DNA of 64,000 nt from Saccostrea echinata (taxonomy: Eukaryota). The stretch lies in the NCBI RefSeq assembly GCF_033153115.1, contig NW_026889807.1, positions 1,426,001 to 1,490,000 on the forward strand. Reading direction: 5' to 3'. Shown here piece after piece: positions 26,701-39,300 of this stretch. The notes beneath the pieces were generated by a model. The model did no database searches. It saw only the letters and a program-made list of their open reading frames with translations, and was not told where the DNA came from. Position 1 is the stretch's first letter. The number at the start of each line of letters is the position of its first letter. Made by a program: the position numbers and the translations under genes.

Positions 26701-29171
26701 ATATATTCAATAATGAATACAAAATATGTCTAATTCATTTCATGTCAAAGTTTTCAAAACATATCTAAAAATTATAATTTTCAAATACGACTGATTAAAT
26801 AGTCCTAATATTTGATAATAAATACAAAATATGAATTGAAGTTTATCGATTTGTTTAGAGAATGAGGCTTTGAACAAACCAACATGGCAATCACACCAGT
26901 ATAATCCTGGAAAAACTTTGTTCCACTCCAGCAATGCTGTAGATGGACTGAAATCTGACCTCAGAGCATGGGGAGGACAGTGCGTTATATCAGCTGATAA
27001 TCAGAGAACTGCCACTTGGTGGGTTAACTTGGAATCGATTTTCAGCATTCAAGTCATACAGATTTATTATAGAACAGCTAATAAGTTGTGGGGTAAGTTC
27101 ATCTTCAACAAAATTATTTCATTGCAGGTATGTTCCTTATTTATTCTTAATAAATCTTAATGGGTTTTTTTTCCTTCGAATTGAAAGAAAACTTTTGTAC
27201 CGAAAAAAAAAATATATATATATGACCCAAGTTTTTAAACCGTCAGAAGACTAAGCATAGTTGATTAACTGTATTATGTTGAAAAAAAATCATAAGCCAC
27301 AATCGTTAATCAACCAACCATCCTTCGACTGTTGACATTGAATATATACGTCTCTAAACTTCTAAAACAACCTTCTATTTTCTAATATTAATTATCAAAT
27401 GAATAATTTAAAAACAAAATAAGTAGTTGGCCAAATACGGCCGAATTAATTTTGGAACTTCTGTTTTGTAAATCTTTTTTAAGCTTTGTTTACAATGGAA
27501 CAAAGCTTATGTTCATTCTTCATATTTAATAGTGACGTCACAAAACCAAGCTTAACACCAGGGGGTCGTAACATAAAGCTTGCTAAGTTTTTGACTTAAG
27601 TAGGGTCATAAGTATGTTTTAGGTGCAATCTTAAGACCTGCCTAAGTACTACTTAAGTATATCTTAAACTGTAACATAAAACGGACTTAGCTAGGTCTTA
27701 GCTAAGCCAAACTTATGTTCAAAATATTTTTATGAATCATCCGAGTTTATTTCAATTTATTTACACAATGTATATATATTTGTAAAAATGATTGAGTTAC
27801 ATTTATAATTACACATATAATAAAGTTGACGTCCTTACCTAACGGTTTTAGCTAGGTTACTTAGATTAGATTTCGTATTAAAAGTATCATTCTGTTTAAA
27901 TTATTCTGAATATTTGAAAACAAATATTGCACGGTCACAACGTGTTAATAGTGGTTCATTGTAAATGCGTGAATATTGTTTATCTCTCGAGACTGCGATA
28001 TTTTCAGATTACCGTTTGCTGTTATTCTTTTGTTTTGGCAAATGTTCACTTGCTTTCAAATTATCATTCTCACAGATGTGGCACGATAACCGAACGTGTA
28101 TGTACTTGACATTGAAACTCTAATAAAAAAAAGTACAAATCAATAGGGACACGACACGTTTAAATATTTTTTCTTCCCACATCAGCAAGCAGAGACTGCA
28201 GACGTTTTATAACATTAATACTTATTTACAATTTAATTGTAAATAAGTTTAACTTCTCAGCAATCTCTCTCTCTCTCTCCTCGAACGGTAGTGAATCCTG
28301 TCTGAATCCTCGCTTGTTGCGTTCTACATTCAATCTAATTTACAGACAATCTTTACAGACAAGTTTTCTTTAATTCACAATTTTTAAAATCTATTTTATC
28401 TCATTTTTTCACAGAGAACAAACAAATCCATAATTACTGTATACAATTTACTTATAATGATTAGTGTTTATAACATAGGTCCTGCTAATATTTCAAACGT
28501 ATCCCAAAAATAATATTTTGCATTTAAATGTATTTTATTTAGAGAGTGATATTGGAATCAGTGATTATCCCCCCCCCCCCCCCCCCGGACGAAAAACTAA
28601 AATTCTTATACCAGTATATTAAATAGAGAAAATTATTTTTTAATGCATAATATAAATGGGGTAATGTTTTAACATTGAAAATCAACATCAGATAGTTCTA
28701 AATATATGTTTAAGAAAGTTAAGACATACTTAAGTCACCTCATCCGGCCGCCTAAGTTTTGCTAAGATTGTCAAATCTTAGCACGTTTCTAGTTACGGTC
28801 TTAAGTTTAAGACTGTACTTAAGTCCTACTTAAGCATGGTCTTAGACTTAAGTACCCTTTATGTTACGACCCCCAGGTGCTATGCTAGGTCCATATATTT
28901 TTATTTTTGTCATATCCATAAACTTTGATTATAGTGGAAAAAATTTTACATGCATTAGGCGTTTCATGTTCGGTATAAAATTGTTTTGCTAAGGGCCACT
29001 CTACCTTGTTAAATTCGTGTCATTCATTATCTGTGAACAGTTCTGTTTAAAAAAAAAACTATTACAGTCAAACTCGTTTACATTGAAAATTAAGGGACCT
29101 GGAGATTTCTTTCAAATTAACCGAATTTCATTATATCTGTGTGCCATGAGTTACATATAAAATGCAGATAC

Positions 29172-29236
<65 letters not shown>

Positions 29237-30320
29237 CGCCGCATGTACCGACGTCGTCATGACGCCATTTCCAATCTGATGATACACAGGTTTAACGCCA
29301 AAAAATTGGATTTAAACAAACACATTTGGACAAGGTTTGAAAAGCCATAATACTACAATCCGAAACAAGACGGTTTATAGAAAAAATTTAGTAAAGATAT
29401 AAAAAAAGAAACATGTGAGATGTTAAAAAGATATGCGGATGAACTGAAAAAGTGTGCCAAAAAGTAACATCATAACGACGTCGGTAACATTCTTGCCGTG
29501 TGGTGATACACAAAACCTTAAGTTGTGTTTATTGTAATATTTTTTAGAAGTATTTTATCAAATGAATGTTTAAAACAGAAATCAAAATAGAAAGGGGTAT
29601 GAGTATGTCAAATTTTGTTATTAAACGTTGTATAGCAGTTGTGACGTTACGTTTGGATCAACCTTTGTAGCTCTAGGTTGGCCTGAAATTCAACGTTGTA
29701 GTAAAAAAAATGCTTTAAGTTTATGGAAGGGAATTACCGCCAAAAGTCTATTTATTTTGCTTTTATTCTTATTCTACCTACTTCTTTATTCTTTGTTATT
29801 ATTGTAACTATATGTCACTTCATTGTTTTCATATTCGTCTTTATTACATTTCACTTTGAACTTTTTTCATTCTTCATTTTGTCCTTACTTCTATGTTGCT
29901 TTATTCTTGTAAATTCGTTCTTCTTTCTTTTACATTGATACAGTTTCTTTTATAAATAACTATGATCAGCTCTATTACAAATGTAAATTCAGTCATTCAA
30001 ACCATGAAGCGCATTCAACGAAGACGAATACAAGTAGTGTGAATTTGATGCGGCATTATAACGCTGGGTGGCAGGGTGTTCGCTGTGAGTGTTGGTAAAA
30101 TAAGGTACGCAAACCAGGGCCGAGGTTATTCAAGATTTTCAATTTTCTGCCTTAATACTTTATCAATCGAACCCTTTTCAAGTTATTTTAGTTATAGTTT
30201 TATTTGTATACGCGGTAAAATTGCCCCGAAATGCTCAATATTTTAGATTTTCTCGAAGATATTTGATTTCTAAATTGGTAAAATGGGAAGGCAGACTATC
30301 AAGCTGACATTTTAATTAGT

Positions 30321-30353
<33 letters not shown>

Positions 30354-33300
30354 AAAAAAACTAATAAATTTATAAATTATTCTGATGTTAAACATTTTAT
30401 CTTAACTATTTATAAGCATTTCTTCTTACAAATGTGCTTCTGTTGCTTTAAATAACACGTTTTAAGAAAATCTGGGTCATTAAAACCGGACCAATGATGA
30501 AAACTCCAAAATAATTGTGTATTTTCTGTCACCTGAAAAATATATCTCTATTCAAGTTATTTGTTGGATGATTGAATTTCAGTTTTATTGATATAAAGAA
30601 TATTAAATATTTCGATAATTACTAGTATACCCTTATAAATTGAGTTGTTTTTCAGGAACCCTATATATTATTCTACTGAACTGACATTTCTTTATTTCAG
30701 GATAATAACTGTTTATGCGCAGTCGCTAGTCTGGTTTCAGCCAACCCATAATGTTCTGCAAAGTAGTGCGGAACGTCGTGGGTAAGCGTGGCCGGAACCA
30801 GGCTAGACCGGGGCATACTAGAAACCTCCCCCGGTTTTAAGGAAAATATGTATTATTTTTTCTATAGAAATAGCACTTATCAATAAAGAAATAAATATCT
30901 CTAGTAAGCACAAAGTGTTTGACACCAGAATAACTCAAAAAATTATTTTGTCAATGTCTCGTTTGGCAAAAAATACGTAAAATGTCGGCTTGATATTGCC
31001 TACCCATCTTAGCAAATTGGAAATCAAAAATCTCCAAAAATAATCTAAAATATTGATATTTTCCAAATATAAATACATGAATATAAATAATGGCAATTTT
31101 TTTACAGCGTATATAGATAAAACTTAGAGACGAAGCATTGTTTTTGAAAGGGGCAGCCAGAGAAAAAAAAAATAANNNNNNNNNNNNNNNNNNNNNNNNN
31201 NNNNNNNNNNNNNNNNNNNNNNNNNNNNNNNNNNNNNNNNNNNNNNNNNNNNNNNNNNNNNNNNNNNNNNNNNNNNNNNNNNNNNNNNNNNNNNNNNNNN
31301 NNNNNNNNNNNNNNNNNNNAAAAAAAGGAAAAAAAAAGAGGAAAATTCTTCAAACTCGAAAATTCTATTTGGGGAGGAGGGGGGTCCAACTTCTTTCAGT
31401 ACCAAATTTTACTCATACATCACTACGTACATGGCCCTTATTTGACTAAACTGCAACAAAAAGTGGGAGGGGGTGGGGGCAACCAGACTTTCATTGAACA
31501 TTTTCAGTAGTAAAATGTTATGGCTAGAAAAATGTTTGGTGGCCAGACCCCCCCCCCCCCCCCCCCGCTACCGATGTCATATAGTGAGACTTCCCCCATA
31601 GTGAGTCTTCCCCACGGAAGTCTGGCTATGTAGTGAGACTTCCCCTCCGGGGGGGGGGGGGGGGGGGGGGGGAGAGAAATGACTTATAAGTGAGCCTTCC
31701 GCCCTAAACGACCATAGTGAGACTTCCCTTTCCGTGTTTGGTTTGGATTTTATTTACATCGACGATGTATAGATTGCATATTAAGGTAATGACCTTATAC
31801 TTAAAAAAAAGATGTGTAGTTTCAAATAAATCAATATAAAAGTGCGCATTATAAATTTATCGTGCACAGCAGATTTATTTTATTGTATTGTTCCGAAACG
31901 ATTCTTATCAAAAGAAAAAAGACATATTCATTAGTTTAACAGTAAAAAGGTCATTACCCGTAGAAATGCGCAGTTTACCTATCTTTGCCTGCATGGTTAA
32001 GATGTTTTTATTATAGAAATCACAATTAAAATGTTTTAATTATTTATTCATATATTTATTTATTCATTAATATAGGACGGAGATCTTTTATCCAAACACT
32101 GAAAACGTTAGTAAAGAAACATTGTTTTACAATAAAAAATATTCGGAAACTAAATTAAAGGGGGAAGTTTCGCTATGAAGGGGGAAGACTGACCATATAG
32201 TGAGACTTCCCCGGGAAGACTGGCAATATAATGAGACTTCCCCTGGAGAAGTCTCAGTATAAAGCTAGTCTTCCGTGGGAAGTCTTACCATCTAGCCAGC
32301 CTTCAGGGAGAACGACACCGGGTACATGCCTGAACCTATAACGTACATCATTTGAAAATTTGGGTTCGATTGAAAAAGTATAAAGGCAGAAAATTGAAAA
32401 ATCACGAACAAACCCGGCCCGGGTTTGCGTACCTAATTTTACCAACACTCGAAGCGAACACCTTGCCACCTAGCGTTATAATGCCGTATCAAATTCACAC
32501 TACTTGTATTCGTCTTCGTTGAATGCGCTTCATGGTTTGCGTGACTGAATTTACATTTGAAATAGAGATGATCATAACTATTTATTAAAGAAACTGTATC
32601 AATTTAAAAGAAAGAAGATCGAATTTACAAGAATAAAGCAACATAGAAGTAGGGACAAAATGAAGAATGAAAAAGTTCAAAGTGAAATGTAATAAAGACG
32701 AATATGAAAACAATAAAGTGACATATAGTTACAATAATAACAAAGAATAAAGAAGTAGGCAGAATAAGAATAAAAGCAAGATAAATAGACTTTTGGCGGT
32801 AATTCCCTTCCATATAAGTTTGCCTGCACTTGACAAAACAAGGATTCATTTTTATTTATATTGGATTAGAAATAGAACTACCAAATTGATTAGATTAGTT
32901 CTTAAAGTTGTTTTACCTGAACAGGACATCTACTCAGATGAACATTAAATTAAGGAACTTAGAAGTTGGGGATCGGGGGGAAGGGAGCCTATTCCTTACC
33001 CCCACACATACCTTTTTTTTCCTGATCGTAAAGTTTTTATTATAAATTTAGTTTGAAAATAATCATTTAAAGACTGATGGCTTCTAACAATATTGTAAAA
33101 ATAACTCCCTACATTAATTGGCCCTACATGTAACACCTTTCCAAATAAAAAAAAATAAGTATAGAGTTAAGGTATTCAATGTATAATGAGGGGATATTGA
33201 ACAATTTTGAATCATTTTAAACCAGTTAAATATGTTTTGCTAGGTAACGATGAAAGTGAAATGAACCAAATTCATATGACTGATAACATATAAGAAACCG

Positions 33301-36300
33301 GCCATTTTGCACCTTAAACGTTTCTGAAGAGTTATTTGTCTTTGATGAAAAGAAGAAAAGTTTAATTTTGTTAAAATATTTGAGGTGAATTATTCATTTT
33401 ATTTTATATTTGAAGACAGAGTATATGCATATTTTCCCCAGAGATTTATATGAAATTTGAATTACTTTTAACAATATCTTAATAACACATGCGCTGCCCA
33501 TAGACTTCAATGTAAAATTCAAGTTGCAATTAATGGGACAATAATCAACATTTAGAAAATTCCCTTGGTGGAGTATTTTTGTTGGATAACATCTTTAAAA
33601 TGCTACTATGATGAAAAATATCGGACCGTTTATTTATTAGATACAAAATATGATCGTTAAAAATTAAATACCTTGAGAGACCTCTTCCATTTTGGTGGGC
33701 AGCGAGAGGGGGGAGTCAAAGATTTTTATCTCGTAAGTTGTCTTTTTTTTTTCTTAATCATGATGCCCTACTTTTCAAAATTATGCTACGTGCCAGACAT
33801 TTATTTCTTTTCTACATTGAAACTACTCTTAAAACTTCCAAATAAATACAACTGATTATGTTTACTTTAACCCCACTTGTCACTGGAGTAAACTGCATAA
33901 TATAATAGTTGAAGAACTGTATGATGTATGCATGTGTGAAAACTAAGTGCGAATCCCGCAATCCAAACTCTGTATACCAAACTATACTATCTAGTGCTTC
34001 TACCTTGATATCTGAGTTCTGTTTGATAATGTCTAAAAACAAAAAGATTTTATTATTTTTCTAGCATTGATCATGAACTTTGAAGAATTGATGTGGGATA
34101 CAATTAGGTCTCAATCGTTTAAAACTTTTTTATGTCATTTTTTCTTCTATTATCATTTTATGTCTGTAGAATTATCAAGACTAAATTGATATATAACTAA
34201 ACAGCTCTCCGGTGTTTTCGACTACTGTGTTAAACACTATTTTATTTCAAATGCCTTGGACTTTGCCTAAAGTTAGGCAAATGCCTTGAATTTTCAAATT
34301 GACGATATGATAGATAATGAATTAAAGTATGATATTTTTTTTTACAAACACCTTATCTATTAAATCCTTGTATTAAGAAGTAATGTTCGCCTAATCCGAT
34401 AAGATATTATAAAATATGATATATAAACATGATAAACATTTGCAAAAAATTTCAGCATTTTATTTTGCAGTAAAAATGCCTTGTTTACGGACAACCCTCG
34501 TATGTTCAGAGAGAAAATTGACATGTGATATGTGTGCATCTTAACAGTTATTCATTTTTTTTTAAATCTTTAGAAATCAACTTATTTAAATAAAAAAGGT
34601 ATATGTATCACTGAATGAGAGAAAAAATCAAATCAAATTGGTGAAGATAACGAATAGTGATCGATCTTAAAAAAATTAATAAACAATATAAAATTGTGAA
34701 CAGGGCATAGAATGCGAACGAAATTCCAGAGGTCGATCGGATTAAGTGCCTAAGAGATGTCCATATAAGCATCCCCTGTTGACTGGTCACACCCATTTGT
34801 ATTGATCAGGTAAACGGAACATTCCATGAAATTAACATTAATATTTTCTCATTTCAGGTGCATCAAATGGCTACACAACACGATTTCTCGGATTTTATGT
34901 TTATGTATCCAACACAACAAACAGACTTGATGGTCATCTATGTTTTCACGACACAATCTACATCAGATCCACAATACCAGCTGTCGTCAATATAACGTGC
35001 CTTGTACATGGACAATACGTTATCTATTATAATGAGAGACTTTCTAATCTCAATTATCCTACTGGATATTCGGCCTACGCATATAATGAGCTTTGTGAGG
35101 TGGAAGTTTACGGTATGAAGGCTTTGAATTTCATTTTTTTTTTCTTCTACCTTAAGATATTTTCTTCTCGCAGATAAATTCAATATTCTCATTTAGAAAG
35201 GATGGATTCTTACTACTGTGTAAGGTTCATATACATGATTTATTTTTTTTCCGTTCACCTTAGTTGTAAGCCTGTGGACTTCTTTTTATCACCCATGGTC
35301 TTGCGTCTGTCTACAGTCTGTAAACTTTACACATTTTCAATTTCTCTCAAGAACCACTATACTCATTGAAAACAAACTTGAAACAAAGCATTTTTGGTCG
35401 AAGGACAATCAAATTGTGCAAATAAAAGAAAATGTTGCCCTGCAAGAGGATTTTTTAAAGCAGGTACTCATTTTTTTTTTTCGAAAACCACTGGAACAGA
35501 ATAATACAGTGTATGGAACTTGTGTGATTTTTTTCATAACATAATGTAGATTTTGGAAAATTCAAATTATGATCTAGGGAAAGGGGAGCATTACTGGTTA
35601 AAAGTTTAACAATTAAATATATGAGGAAAGAACTTAAACTTAAAAATGTCTTTTAAAATACCTTGCAAGAATAGATGAAGTATATATGAAAGCTTCTTAA
35701 CATAAGTTTTAAATTGTACAAATCAGGGCTACACGGTGATAGGGTAGGGACACATTAAGGTTTCATGTTGTTTAAACTGGAAAAAAAGTCTAAAAATCTC
35801 CTCTATAATAGCACGTCCATAATTATTTATATCTTACTTTCATTTGAATTAGTTCCGCCTCTGAAATTCCGTGTGTTATGCCTTGTTGAAAGATTTATAT
35901 TGTGTGTAGAATTTTTGAGATCCATTACTGTTCGTTATCTTCGTCTTTTCCAATGTAGAATTTTTAATATCCATCACGGTGTATCTTCGTGTTTTCCAAC
36001 TGGTCTGATTTGTCGAGAAACATTTGTAAAAAGGAAAAAAAAACCTCTGAATGATGAAACAACGCCTTCCAGCGTGAAAAAAGTAGCAACAGTCGACATC
36101 GCTTGATGTCAAGTGATATTCCAAAAATGTAGACTGCAAAGAATTTATTAGCGTGCGGTTCACTAATATATGCATTTGTATCAAATATTAAATGAAATAT
36201 GTGGAGATAACGAACAGTATTCGAGCTCAAGAATCCATTATAATTAAATAAATATAATTTGTAGTTGAGGGTAACATTTAAAATTGTCAACCTAAGGAAT

Positions 36301-39300
36301 CATTGCCTTCTGCGCCTTGGATGGGGCAACAAGACGGGTTTTACAGAGGAGAATATTTGAAAAACTTTCTAAAAATCTTCATGAGAACAGCTGACACATG
36401 ATAAGTAATATGAATAAAAAAAAGAGATTTTCAATTAGAACACATTCAGTTTTATTTGAATAATAACTCTATTGGTGAGGACTTCACACAATGAGGAATC
36501 AACGATTTTTTTTTTTTTTTTTTGGGGGGGGGGGGGGATGTAGGAAAAAATTCTTTGCAAATCTCCCTCTCAAGAATAGAAGGGCAATTTAAAGATCTTG
36601 CTATGGAATAATTCTCAAGTAGTTTTCAACTCTTAGTTTCCGGAGAATTATTGGACGGTGTCAACTTGGGAATCAACGTTTCAACGGGAATTAAAAATCA
36701 AGTGGAAATACTGAAAAAATCTTTTTAAGAACAGAAAGGCCATGATCAGTGAAATTATTAAGCAAACAATATTTTGATAAGTTAAAATCCTAGTCTCTGG
36801 TGATAAGATAGGAACACAAATTGGGATCAAAGTTTACATGTAACTGTGTTATATTTTAGAGAAGTAGTAAATTACAATGCATTCTTAAGATATATCATAC
36901 TTCAGTATATAGAAGAAAAATGTATTTTGTTTAATGTATTCCAAGGAAGGCCTTTAATTTATTGTTTGAAGGTTGTAAAGCTGGATACTACGGACCTAAT
37001 TGTTCCCTCCCCTGTCCTAACAATTGTCGTTACTGTCATATAGAGACAGGAGTGTGTTCTTGGTGTAAACCTGGCTATCAGGGAGATCAGTGTGCACTAG
37101 GTTTGACATTGTAATTCATTTTATAAGAATCTTTAAAGACAACAAGTGCTATAATCATCAAAGTGCTTTTTTGAGACACATACTTCCCAAAGTTTTCAGA
37201 TATATTACAGTCCATTACATAGTTTGTTGGTATTTTTTTTTAAATATTATAAGTAATGCATGTGTGTGCAAATGGGACATCTGGAAAAACATAATACATT
37301 CAGAAAATATTGTATTTGTTAAAAATTCTAATAGAATGTGATGGTGGCAGTTATGGACAAGATTGTAGATTGCAATGTGGAGCTTGTCTGGGATATAAAC
37401 AATGTAATCACATCAGTGGTTCATGTCCTGTAGGCTGTGATGCTGGATATGAAGGGGAATTTTGTGATGAAGGTGATATAACTCGTGAAATGTTTCTAAT
37501 CATGTATTTTTGACAATCATAATTTTTGCATCATTACATACAATTAAACAAATAAATCTAATAGAGGGATACAATATTAATACAGTATCTTTCACTTGCG
37601 AGATGATTATATTAATATATCTCTTAACATCATTACAGAGTGTTCGGTAGGAAAGTTCGGAAAAAACTGTGAACAAGATTGTAATGAAAACTGTAAGGAT
37701 CCCTTTAAATGCAACGGAACGACCGGAAAGTGTAAAGGTGGATGTCAACCGGGCTGGGAAGGACTTCATTGTAGTAATGGTATGCTGTATTTAACAATTT
37801 GAAAAGTTGATGGTGTAGGGTACTTACATGTATCGGTATTAACGGTTAAAGTGTATTTATAAGTTTTCAGTTTCAATGGTTGATGGTAAAGTGTATTTAA
37901 AGTATTCAATGATTAAAGGGATAGTGTATTTAACAGTGTCAAATGTAAATGGTATAAGAGCTTATCAGAGTAAATGATTAATTATATGACAATTTAACGT
38001 TTGAATGGTAGATAGAAAAGAATTTCTTACAGTATTTATTGGTTTCAGTATATTGCTTATTTATCATTGTCAATAGGTGATCACTGTTAACGGTTAATGG
38101 TATACTGCATTTTACAATTTAAATGATTGATCGTATAGTGTAATTAACAGTGTTATTGGTATAGTGTACTTATTAGTGTTAATGATCAATGGTATAATGC
38201 ATTTAACTGATTGAAATGTTGATGCCATAATGCACTTTTTATAGTTAGTGGCATAATGTACTTATCAATGTTAATGGTTAATGGTATAGGAATTTAACGT
38301 TTAAAGAACCTTTATTTAACAGTTTTAATAGTTTATTCTGCATGCTATATATTTATATACATGTACCTGTTTGGTTAATCCGTAATTAACTTTTTAAGGC
38401 ATTCTTTAGCAATGTTTTTTAAATGAACAGTTCAAGAATAAAGTAGTATTTTCCCCAGATGATTACTAAATGTAATGAAAATATGTTTTCCTTACAAATG
38501 AACACTTGACCATTTGTTTACTTGACACAGTGGGTGCAAGAATTCAAATGGTGGGTATAAAAAACATTACCCTATGTTGACACTATCATAATGGATGCCC
38601 GAGAGTTACGTAGATATTTTACATTTTTTTGAAAACGTAGTCCTAGCAAGCCATATGTTAAAGAAAGAAAAATGAAAAAAAAATCACAAGGAAATCTCTA
38701 TATTTTACATCATCAAAATACGAAAATCATCGTTAACAATCAATCCCAACAATACAATTTGCTTTAGAATCCCTATGCAATAAATATGGCTTAACCTGTT
38801 AATATATATGTGACGAAGTTATACGAAATTGAAATATGAAAGAAATCTTTGCTGACCTTATTTATTGCAGGGAAAATCAAAATATGCTATTTATTGATGT
38901 TAGTCTGACATATTTTAAAGGCAGTTAAAATTGCAGTTATGTAAGAAAGTCATATCTTCAACGAATGTTTAAAATTGAATACTATTTTGCCCTTTTCGTA
39001 CAACTTAATAATATATCCATCCTCTCTTTTTAAACATGATGTCATTCTATTTGAATTAGAATGCTCCAATAACAGATATGGCGTAAACTGTAGTGAGCCC
39101 TGTGGTAATTGCCGGGATCCTTCCTCTTGCCACCACATCAATGGATCATGTTTTAGTGGATGTGGCAGAGGTTACCAAGGAGCATACTGTTTACAAGGTA
39201 CCGTATATTTACGATATATATTCAGAAATAAAGTAACAATGTAATGGAACTTTCCTCCCTTATAATGAACTAAATATATAAATATATCCCTTGATACCTT

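Larger units (their letters stand above)
29722..32814. mobile_element. Foldback-like element with about 460-bp TIRs and 6-bp TSD
   Basis: TAAGTT|tatggaagggaattaccgcc ... ggcggtaattcccttccata|TAAGTT; arms about 29722-30180 and 32350-32814; further inverted match 30240-30315 vs 30978-31055. Confidence 0.85.

Noticed and set aside
27927-28109. ORF repeated at 57512-57700
   Set aside because: Interior of the duplicated MITE; the frames diverge and there are no protein motifs.
29723-29938. Hydrophobic ORF duplicated at 32625-32849, suggesting a membrane peptide
   Set aside because: Arises from the T-rich TIR arms of the foldback element.
31102-31449. ORFs spanning N runs (also 45215-45445)
   Set aside because: Gap artefacts.
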